Source: Piromyces finnis finn (lineage: Eukaryota > Fungi > Neocallimastigomycota). Taken from it: a stretch of DNA of 64,000 nucleotides. The stretch covers positions 2,542,001 through 2,606,000 of the forward strand of contig MCFH01000001.1 of NCBI GenBank assembly GCA_002104945.1, in the 5' to 3' direction. The notes under the pieces were generated by a model. The model made no database searches. It was not told where the DNA came from and was given only the letters and a program-made list of their open reading frames with translations. This document shows, piece by piece, positions 54,269 to 64,000 of the stretch (its first letter is position 1; the number at the start of each line of letters is the position of its first letter). Position numbers and translations under genes: made by a program.

Positions 54269-55733
54269 TTAATTGTTTGTTGATTCATTAGTTGCCACAT
54301 TATTTAATTCATTATTAGTATTATTAATGGGTTGGATAGGTGATTGCCTATCTTCAACTAATGAGTATGCTGGGGGTTCAATATTTTCATTATTATTTTC
54401 ATTATTAATAATTGGTGATGTAGGTGTATTATTAGCGACAATATTTTGATTGTTTATATTTTCATTATTGAAATTATTATTATTAAAGCTATTCATCATC
54501 ATCATCATCATCATCATCATATTATTATTATTAAGGTTCATAATATTATTAGAATATAAATTATTCATTAAAACACTATTATGATTATTTAAATCATTAT
54601 TATTAAGATTACAATTATTCATCATGTTATTAAGACCATTCATATTGTTATATAAATATAACATATTATTGTTCATATTGAGATTATTCATATTCATATT
54701 CATATTATTATTGTTATTATTATCAGTAATATTACTATTATTAACATCACTATTTACAGAAGTATCAGAAACAGGTATGGCTGTAATAATATTATTATTA
54801 TCAGTATTATTATTAGTATTATTACTGTTATTATTTTTATTAGTATTGTTGTTATTGTTGTTGTTGTTGTTGATAATTTTGTTATTATTACTGATATCAT
54901 CATTATTATCATTATCAGTATTATCATTATTATTATTTTTGGTATTATTAATGATATCACCATCATCATCATTATTGTTATTATATTGAAATATATTATT
55001 AAATATTTGTTATTACATTTCTTGAATAGGACAATTTGGATTGATATCGTTAGTAATTCCATCGACGTATTCTGATTTTACAATTCTACAATGAAACAAT
55101 AAAATGTTTATATTATAACAAAAAATATATTTGTTTTTTTTTTTAAAAAAAAAAGATATGTTATGTGTATATATATTTGAAAACTTACAAAGATTCTATT
55201 TTTGGTTGATTAAACACATTTTTTGTAATTTGGATGGAGTTTTCGTATGGAATACTTGGATAATCCATAATTTCACTATTCATTATTGTTAATATTTATA
55301 TAAATAATGACATATTATATTGAATATTTTATTTTTTATTGAGTCAAAAATATTTATATTAATAGTTACAGTAGTTTTAATTGTTGAAAAGTCGGGAAAT
55401 TATTTAAACTTAAATCACTGACATATTTTGAATTACTAATAATAAAAAGTAAGGTAATAATATATATATATTTTAAACGAGAATTATTATTTGTAAATAA
55501 TATATTTTATTTTATATTTTATACTATGCCATACAAATAAATATATTCTATATTATTATTAACATCACAAACGTATGGATCATCACCAACATTACAACAA
55601 TCAAAAGATTCATATCCTATAAAATCTGAACCAACTTCACAGTCTCTTGATATCATTTCTCAAGAAAAACAGAAAGACTTAGTGATAAAAAAATTAACTA
55701 TAAAAAACTTGATACTAAATTTTAAATTTTCAT
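54269..55733 (-). pseudogene. Multi-exon pseudogene of a secreted/surface protein with short phase-2 exons (LRR/L-domain-like) and an Asn-rich tail
   Basis: Exons about 55733-55535, 55435-55370 (66 nt), 55275-55189 (87 nt), 55085-55017 (69 nt), all GT-AG and phase 2. ATG is one base off the signal-peptide frame; in-frame TGA at 55662-55660. After exon 4 the same frame reads TAA TAA, then about 250 N-rich codons ending ...EPPAYS...TNN*. Confidence 0.55.
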
Positions 55734-55993
55734 TTAATATTTAGTATTTAGGTTTATGTTTATATATTTTTATTTTTTTAATTATATTAATTATTATATT
55801 GACATCCTACTTTAATTACTTTTCTTTAAACCTGTAGAATAGAATAATAACATTTATATTCTTTTTTATTTTACATTTACTTTTATTTTTATATATTTTT
55901 TTTAAAAAAAAAAAGTAAAAGTTTCTTATTTTTAATTAAATTTTATTAAAAATATAAAATTAAAAAATTTTGGACATTAACAGGACATTAATT

Positions 55994-56491
55994 TGTTACA
56001 CCAAAAAATCGACCAAAAAATAAAATAAAATAAAATAAAATAAAATAAAATAAAATAAAATAAAATAAAATAAAATAAAATAAAATAAAATAAAATAAAA
56101 TAAAATAAAATAAAATAAAATAAAATAAAATAAAATAAAATAAAATAAAATAAAATAAAATAAAATAAAATAAAATAAAATAAAATAAAATAAAATAAAA
56201 TAAAATAAAATAAAATAAAATAAAATAAAATAAAATAAAATAAAATAAAATAAAATAAAATAAAATAAAATAAAATAAAATAAAATAAAATAAAATAAAA
56301 TAAAATAAAATAAAATTAAATGGAAACAAGATAAAGATGAAGAGTTATAAGTATTTATTTGTCTTCCTACTAACTTATATAAGGGATTTAAAAACTTACG
56401 TTCGCTATTATTAAAATAGTTACTCAAACAAATTTATCGTAGTATATCACTAGAAAATTTAAGCTTTTTATAAAATAAAAAGCCTGCAACA
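55994..56491. mobile_element. Possible LTR-like relic enclosing the (TAAAA)n array
   Basis: Bounded by TGTTACA (55994) and TGCAACA (56491), a 6/7 inverted pair giving TG...CA ends. No matching TSD (taatt vs aaaga). Confidence 0.3.
56021..56315. repeat. Perfect (TAAAA)59 pentanucleotide microsatellite
   Basis: Direct reading; 295 nt uninterrupted. Confidence 0.97.
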
Positions 56492-56539
56492 AAAGAAATC
56501 CAAAATTAAAAACTTTCATTTTTAATTTTGGATTTCTTT
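56492..56539. other. Perfect 21-bp inverted repeat with 6-nt loop
   Basis: aaagaaatccaaaattaaaaa-ctttca-tttttaattttggatttcttt. Confidence 0.9.
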
Positions 56540-57570
56540 CGAATTTTTTTTTTTATTTTAAAATTATAAATATTACTGTTTTTTTGTGTAACTTTTAATT
56601 TATTAATTAAAATTAAATAAAAAGTTTAAATGTGGAAATATATCCACCAATTAAAATTTTATAAAATAAAAAAATTTATATTTTTATTTTATAAAATAGT
56701 CTTTTTTTTTTTTTTTTTAATTTTCAAAGTCTTTTTTTTTAATGTTAAAATTTACTTATTTTATTTTTGACTTTGACTTTTTTTTTTTTATTTGACAAAA
56801 AATTTATAATTTATATTTTCCCAATATATAAAAAATTTATATTATTTTTAAAAGAATTAAATAGAAATGATAGTAATTTTTACTTTTATAATTTTCAAAA
56901 CTATACAAAAAAAGAATAAAAATACTAATATTTTAAATATTTAATAAATATTAAAATAACATTAGCAGTTTTATAATTTTATATTAATACTTTTTTTTAT
57001 TAGTATATATTTTATAATTCAATTTTCTTGGTTATATTGACTAAATTGTTTTTATAAAGGTAAACATAAAGTATTTATTAATATTAATAATTTATTATAT
57101 ACACCATAAGCAATATTTTTATACTTTTTAAAAAAAAATATTTTATAATTTACTAATTAAATGTTCTAATTGTATTAAAAATTAAATAAATCAATAGTTA
57201 TTAATTTATGGTAATAATAAATAACATAATTTTTAATTTTGATACTTCAAGCTTTATGTATTATATAAATAAAACAAAAGCCAATTCATGAATTAGATAA
57301 AAATTTATAAAATATCATATTAATAAATATACGGTATATAAAATTTTATGTGTATATATTCATTTAGTAATTATATTTATTTTATTTCTTAAATACTCAT
57401 TATTAATAAATTATTTTTTTTAGGTACAACAAAATAATTACTTAGTATTTTATCATTTTTTATTATTTAATTATTCTATTATCTCTTAGTAATACTAAAT
57501 ATTTTATATAATCTATTAAACTAACTTTAGTAAAATTTGTAATATTGTTAAATTTTTTTATGAATGACTT

Positions 57571-57604
<34 letters not shown>

Positions 57605-58095
57605 ACAATTATTCAAATTATATCATTTATTATTTCTTAGTATAATTCTTTTGTTGTTTTTTTAACTCATAACTAAATTTATATATTTTTTTTTGATATA
57701 TATAATAATATAATAGTAATTTTCAATTTGAATTAATAACTTTTTATTAATTAATAATATAAATACTATTCTTTTCAATAATTATGTATTCATGTAAATA
57801 TAAACATTTTTAGTATTTAATATATCTAAAACATTATTATTAAATCAATCAATATTTTTATTAAGTGCATTCTTTTCAATCTTAAAGTTAATCTGAAGAA
57901 TATTAACAAATGACTATAGGTATTATAAATAATAATATAATTACTTGTTTATATATAGATAGCATTTCTTTTATAATCTTTTTGAAATTAAAAAATTAAA
58001 GATATTTCATTTTCTATTATATATAATTATTTTTTTATTAATTTATATGAAAGATAATATAAAAATTCATTTATATTTCAATATAATTAAATTTC

Positions 58096-58127
<32 letters not shown>

Positions 58128-59869
58128 ATTAAAAATGAGCGTTATAATTAAAAGTGTTTTAATTTAAATTATGAACATACAATTCCTTATTAATTTAATA
58201 CTATCCCCTTTAGTATTTATCTATTGTTTCAAAAATTAAGCTATTTAATACTATTTGAATATATAAAGATTAATAGAATTAATAATAAAATACAAAATAA
58301 GATTATTAAATTTGATAAAAATTCCTTTTTATACTATTCTAGTATATTGTAGAAGTTAAGTACTATAATAATTCGTAAACTAAAAAAATAATTTATAAAT
58401 GAAAAATAATTATATTCTTTTTTTCACTTTATTTTTAAAAAAAAAAAAAACTTTTAATGGCATGATTAATTGACCAATTTCTTTTCTTTTTTTTTTATTT
58501 CATTTTACAGAATTAATTATAATAATAAAAAAAATTAATATATTAAATGATAGTGATCCAAATCATTTTAATATTAAAAATTTAAGATTTACCAAAGATA
58601 CAATGAACCAATAAAATTTTGTTATTCTTTTTTAATAGGAATGTAAAAGTTTGATAAAATTTATTATTTAAATAAGAAAAATGTTTTTTTTTTTTTTTTT
58701 TTTTTAATAGGAAAAGTTAATTTTATATAAGAATAATAAGACTATCATTTAAAATCAAAATCGTAATAAATAGTTTTATTTATATATTTGATTAAAAGAG
58801 AAAAATATTTGAAAATAAATAAATAAACTATGAATTATATATAAAAGAGGGATAAAAAAAGTCAAATACATTTTAATATTATTATTGAAATTTAATAAGA
58901 ATTCAATTTTTATATTGTACATAAAGTATAAAATTATTGGTTTTATTATAATCAATCTTTTTTTTTATATTTAAATATTATAAAGTTGTAAATTCATAAT
59001 GTAATTAATGTAAAAAAAAAAGTATTAATATACATACAATTTACAATTTACATAAAAAAAGATGAAATGCTTTGTTGTCTTTTTATTAAAATAACTTTTT
59101 TTTTTCAAACTTTAAACCAATCATTTAATAAATCTTTTTACCTAATTTTTAATTAGCTCACCTAAATTTATTTAAAGTTACCAAATAAGAAAAAAAAGAC
59201 AATTTGATTTAATGATTTAATGGATGACTCACCAAATATGATTGAATTTATATAATAAAATATAAAATATTATAAATAGGTGTAATGTAATTATGTATAA
59301 TAAAATATAATAATATATAATAAACATTTAAATGTAATATAATTATGTTTATATAATGTAGAGTAAAATAGAATAAAATAGAATATTTTTTAAAATTAAA
59401 TATTGCTTATATAAAGTATCATTATCAAAAAATAGGAAAAAGATTTTTTATTATTAAACTTTTTATAATAACCATTCAATTTAACTTTCCATTTAAAAAA
59501 AAAATGGCGATTCCTATTTTATATTATATAATCTTTTTTATCTAAATAACTCTTGTTTTTTTCTTTTATTTAATATTAGATGTTATTTAATATATATTAA
59601 TATATATTTTTTATTATTATAATATATTAAATTAAATAGGATATCTCATTTATATAAAAATTATCAATTTTAATTAATAATTTTGATATTAATTTTATGA
59701 ATTTTTTAAAATGTATAAATATAGTAAATTTTCTTTTACTATTTTAATTTTTAGTTATTTTTATTTTAATAATCTTTTTTTTTTATATAAGCATTGATAT
59801 TTAAATAAATAAAAAAAAGAGTTATTAGAAATATCTTTTAACATTTTATATTTGTTTTTTTAAAAAAAA

Positions 59870-61897
59870 ATGAGAAAGTTTTCAATTAAGCAATTATTAA
59901 AATGTATTTTATTTACTTCAATCATTTCAGCAATTTCTGCTGATAATAATGACTCCTATTTAAAAAATATTTCTTTTAATCGTGGAAAAATATTTTCAAA
60001 AACAGATTATAATGTTGCAAAATTTAATATGATTATTAGTCAGGAAAATTTTGATATATTAAAGGAATCAGCCAATATTGTATATGAAAATGAGGATGAT
60101 GAACCTAAAGTTAATGGTACTATAATTATTAATATTAATAATGATAGTGGAAATAAAATGGACGCTCAATATAAAATTGGTGGTCAAAGTACAAGAGGTT
60201 CAAAAAAAATGAATTTCAACGTTAAATTGGATAAAAAAAAATTAGGAAGAAAAGATTTACGTCTTCGTTCTGCTATGATTGATCCATCCTTTCTTCGTAT
60301 TAAAATATCTACTGATATTATTAACCGAATGGGTCTTAATAGTATATCTTCCAGTTTTGCTGATGTTTTTGTTAATAATGAATATATGGGTCTTTATGCA
60401 CTTATCGATGTCTATAAGAAATCATGGGTTAAAGAATATTATAATTTAGATAAAGATCCTTCCTATAAAATCTTTAAATGTAGAGATGAAAATAGTGATC
60501 TTACCATTAATAATATTAATACCTGTGCCGATGAAGATGAAGATAATCCAGATAGTTCTGCTTTACAAGCATTTGTGGAAGCTATTAATGATAAAAAAAA
60601 GACATTAGATGAATTAACAGAAATTATGGATGTAGATCTTTTTATTAAAAGCTGGATCTTTGAATGGCTTGTTGGTTCAGTAGATCATATGCTAGTTAAT
60701 GGTAAGAACTACTATTTATTAAAATATAAGAACGTTTGGATTCCATTGATTTATGATTTTGATGCTAACTTTGGTAATGATATCAATGAACAATTTAAAA
60801 CATTATATGGAAATAAAAATCCAGCAGAAGTTAAATTTGATAAGTGGTACACAAATCGTTATATTGTTGATAAATTAACTAAAGGTAATAATGAAAAGGT
60901 ATTCTTAAATCATCTTCAGGATATAATTGATAATGCTTTTAATCCTGATCTTCTTTTCCCACACATTGATTCACTAAAATCATGGATTGGTTCATATATT
61001 AAAAAAGATCGTACTCCAAATGAAAATGGTGAACTTCCAGGTCGTATTAATGTTCAAAATAAAAAGAGAGCTCTTCCTGCTTCTGAATTTAAAGATTATA
61101 CCTATGAAGATTATGAAAAAAATTCTGAATATACTGCAGTAGGTACTGCTGAAGGTCTTAAAAAATGGATTAAATTACGTTACAAATTTGTCTGTCATCA
61201 CTATAATATTAAATGTAAATCTGAAATACTCTCCTATGACAATACTAAAAATAATAAAAAATCAAAGGATGGTCAATGTGGATCTGACCATGGTAAATGT
61301 CCAAATGGTTACTGTTGTAGTAAATATGGCTATTGTGGTAAAACCGAAAGATATTGTAGTATTTCTAAAGGATGTCAATCAGAATTCGGAGAATGTTCTA
61401 CTAAAAAAACTAGTGAAACTGTTGCTTCTACTGAAGGAAAATGTGGATCTGGTTATGGTAAATGTTCAAATGGTTACTGTTGTAGTAAATATGGCTATTG
61501 TGGTAAAACCGAAAGATATTGTAGTATTTCTAAAGGATGTCAATCAGAATTCGGAGAATGTTCTACTAAAAAAACTAGTGAAACTGTTGCTTCTACTGAA
61601 GGAAAATGTGGATCTGACCATGGTAAATGTCCAAATGGTTACTGTTGTAGTAAATATGGCTATTGTGGTAAAACCGAAAGATATTGTAGTATTTCTAAAG
61701 GATGTCAATCAGAATTCGGAGAATGTTCTACTAAAAAAACTAGTGAAACTGTTGCTTCTACTGAAGGAAAATGTGGATCTGGTTATGGTAAATGCCCAGA
61801 GAGTTATTGCTGTAGTAAATATGGTTGGTGTGGTAAATCACCTGATTATTGTAAAATGGATAGAGGATGCCAAAGAAAATATGGTCTTTGCAAATGA
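59870..61897 (+). CDS. cotH: Secreted CotH-family kinase with four C-terminal chitin-binding (CBM18/hevein) modules
   Basis: Signal peptide; KIGGQSTR, KMNFNVK, LRLR, YMGLY, GSVDH, NGKNYYL, IPLIYDFD motifs; four GxCGxxxGxCxxxxCCSxYGxCG modules starting at 61271, 61436, 61601, 61766. Confidence 0.9.
   Translation: MRKFSIKQLLKCILFTSIISAISADNNDSYLKNISFNRGKIFSKTDYNVAKFNMIISQENFDILKESANIVYENEDDEPKVNGTIIININNDSGNKMDAQYKIGGQSTRGSKKMNFNVKLDKKKLGRKDLRLRSAMIDPSFLRIKISTDIINRMGLNSISSSFADVFVNNEYMGLYALIDVYKKSWVKEYYNLDKDPSYKIFKCRDENSDLTINNINTCADEDEDNPDSSALQAFVEAINDKKKTLDELTEIMDVDLFIKSWIFEWLVGSVDHMLVNGKNYYLLKYKNVWIPLIYDFDANFGNDINEQFKTLYGNKNPAEVKFDKWYTNRYIVDKLTKGNNEKVFLNHLQDIIDNAFNPDLLFPHIDSLKSWIGSYIKKDRTPNENGELPGRINVQNKKRALPASEFKDYTYEDYEKNSEYTAVGTAEGLKKWIKLRYKFVCHHYNIKCKSEILSYDNTKNNKKSKDGQCGSDHGKCPNGYCCSKYGYCGKTERYCSISKGCQSEFGECSTKKTSETVASTEGKCGSGYGKCSNGYCCSKYGYCGKTERYCSISKGCQSEFGECSTKKTSETVASTEGKCGSDHGKCPNGYCCSKYGYCGKTERYCSISKGCQSEFGECSTKKTSETVASTEGKCGSGYGKCPESYCCSKYGWCGKSPDYCKMDRGCQRKYGLCK
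61271..61894 (+). repeat. 165-nt tandem repeat encoding the CBM18 modules (A-B-A-B' pattern)
   Basis: Period 165 nt; copies alternate GSDHGKC and GSGYGKC. Confidence 0.92.
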
Positions 61898-64000
61898 AGA
61901 CATTAAAATTAAAAATATTATTTATTAAACTAAATCTATTATTTATTTATTTTTTATTTAGAATTATTTTTTATAGCTTTATTATTGTAAATTATGAATA
62001 AATTTAAATTAAAAATATATGAAATAGTTCTATTATTTTTTTTTTGTGTGTGTGTGTATGTATGTTCATGTATGTGTATTTTATTTTATGTGTAGATACA
62101 TTGCGTAATAGGTTAGTTTAAGAAATAAATATTATAAAATTTTAAAGAAAAAAATTAATGTTATGTTTATATTTATATATATTAGGTTAAGAACAAAAAT
62201 AATGAGTATTTTTTGATAAAAATTAATATATTATATTTTTATTTTCCTTATTTATATTTGCAATATATAAGATACGTTTTTTTTTAAATAAAAACATGTT
62301 ATAAACTTTAAAATTATTAACATTTTCTTTGAATAAATCAATGTTAATGAAGAAATTATGTATAATAGTAAAAATATAAAATAATAATAATATTGCTTTA
62401 ATATGTGTAGATTTACAACAAAGAAGAATTATTTTTGATATTTCTAAATTCTTAACAGAAAAATTAATACTTAATAAAAATAATAATAATATTTTATTTT
62501 AAAATAAAATTAATAGGTAAAAAAAAAGAAAAAAGAATTTAGTATTTTTTATATAGATTTTAAAAAAATATTTGATATTAATAATAATAATAAAAAAAAA
62601 AAAAAAAAAAGAAAAGAAAAATAATATTTAAAAAATAAAATATGATCTTCTCTGGTATAATATTCTTGTAAGGACTTTGAAGAGAGCAAATTTAGTAGAT
62701 TGTCATATATATTATATATATATGTACGTTTTTAATTTTTATCTACATAACCTTATTAATTTCAAAAAGTAGAATAAATAATTTTTTTTTGTGAATATTT
62801 AATTATTTTTATATAGTAAAATAAAGTTGTATAAAAGTATAAAAAATAATGTTTGTAATAATTATTATTATTATTTTAAATATTAAAATAGCCTTAAATA
62901 AATATTTATACTAGAGTTATTATTAATGGTTATAATAATTTTTTAATACTCTATATTGCTATATTTAAAAAGTATAAAAAAATAATTATTAAAAATAAAA
63001 TGTTTACGATTTTTTTTAGTAAATATTAAAAATTATAAATAATGAATATCATTTTTTATAATAAATAGTATATAACAATATATATATAATAATCCTTAAT
63101 AATTCTAGTACTAGATATATATATATTAAAGTATTTTGTTTTTAAATTCAAATAAAATTGTACTTTTTTATATATAATTTTTTATATACAATATATAAAT
63201 ATTTGTAAATAAAAATTTATTAATAAATTATACTAAATAATTACTAGAAGTAATAGCAAAAGTAAAAGTGAAAATAAAAGTATAGAATTAGTAGTGGTGC
63301 ATATATTCCAAATAATAAATTTTATTTTTAACATAAAGTATAGAGTGTTAATTGAAAATTTTGTATAGTATGCCACCGATTTTGAAGGTTTAACAACCCA
63401 TTTATAAATATAATATATTTAAGAAATTTAAATATCTTGCAGATATTATGAAATTGGGTTGTATGAATTAGGAATATAGAAATGCATATATTATCAGGAC
63501 AATTTTCCAGTTTAGTAATAACATATATATATATATATAAATTTTAGTAATATATTTTTTGTTTATTTTTATCTGGAATTTTAATAAAATTATCACTATT
63601 ATCTTAGATTGTTGAAACATGAACATAAATATTACTTTTACAATAAAATTGTGTATAATAATAGTTATAAATAATAGCAAATATTAAAAGAGTGACTTTA
63701 ATATTAAATTATATTGAAAACACTTTTTTTTTTCACTCATTTTACAATTATTAATATTCTTTAATCAAATAATAAAAACTAAACAATTTAATATTATTAG
63801 TAAACTTTTATATTTTTAAGTTTATAAATAAAAATATATTTATTTATTTTTATCAATAATTATTAATATAAAAGAAAATTTTAAATTTATTTAAAAGTAA
63901 TAAAAAAAAAGATAAAGGATAAAAAAAAAGATTAATTATAAAAAACTTTTTATTATTCAAAGTATAATTCCTTATAAAATTCAAAAAATAGTTATTCATT

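Noticed and set aside
46709-61894. Repeat arrays (CE1 linker, 48532 cassette, CBM18 repeats) as CRISPR
   Set aside because: Coding tandem repeats or only 2-3 copies; no repeat-spacer structure, no cas genes, eukaryotic context.
61188-61928. 246-aa alternative-frame ORF over the CotH repeats
   Set aside because: Out-of-frame reading of the CBM18 tandem repeat.
62641-62705. Short coding-looking fragment on the minus strand (DNLLNLLSSKSLQEYYTREDH)
   Set aside because: No start, splice context or partner exon could be supported.

Overview
Extremely AT-rich eukaryotic DNA with low gene density. A fungal (non-catalytic) dockerin, CotH-CBM18 fusion, GT-AG introns and poly-Asn tracts point to an anaerobic gut fungus (Neocallimastigomycota); this is inference. 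Contents in order: an unannotated 42-aa microprotein candidate; a secreted ricin-lectin/DUF4874-DUF4832-like protein; an intronless 18.7-kb gene for a 6239-aa midasin-related giant (pseudokinase, poly-Asn, six AAA+ modules, long linker, three vWA domains); 1 kb downstream on the same strand, an intronless sacsin-type GHKL ATPase with a NOV-C/DUF3883-like tail; a decayed Cys-rich membrane-protein gene; a two-exon multi-pass (GPCR-like) gene; a dockerin-CE1 feruloyl esterase with a G/N/Q/W repeat linker; a hairpin-rich repeat cassette; a LINE broken by a 1-nt frameshift; a multi-exon pseudogene; and a CotH kinase with four chitin-binding modules. There are also two long opposed pentanucleotide arrays and LTR-like relics. 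The most striking signal is the AAA ring. Modules 1, 3 and 5 keep Walker A/B but lack the arginine finger, while modules 2, 4 and 6 keep the arginine finger but have damaged Walker motifs. Together with the adjacent sacsin-like gene this suggests an undescribed AAA+/vWA plus GHKL conflict or quality-control module. All domain calls are by motif recognition; no searches were run.
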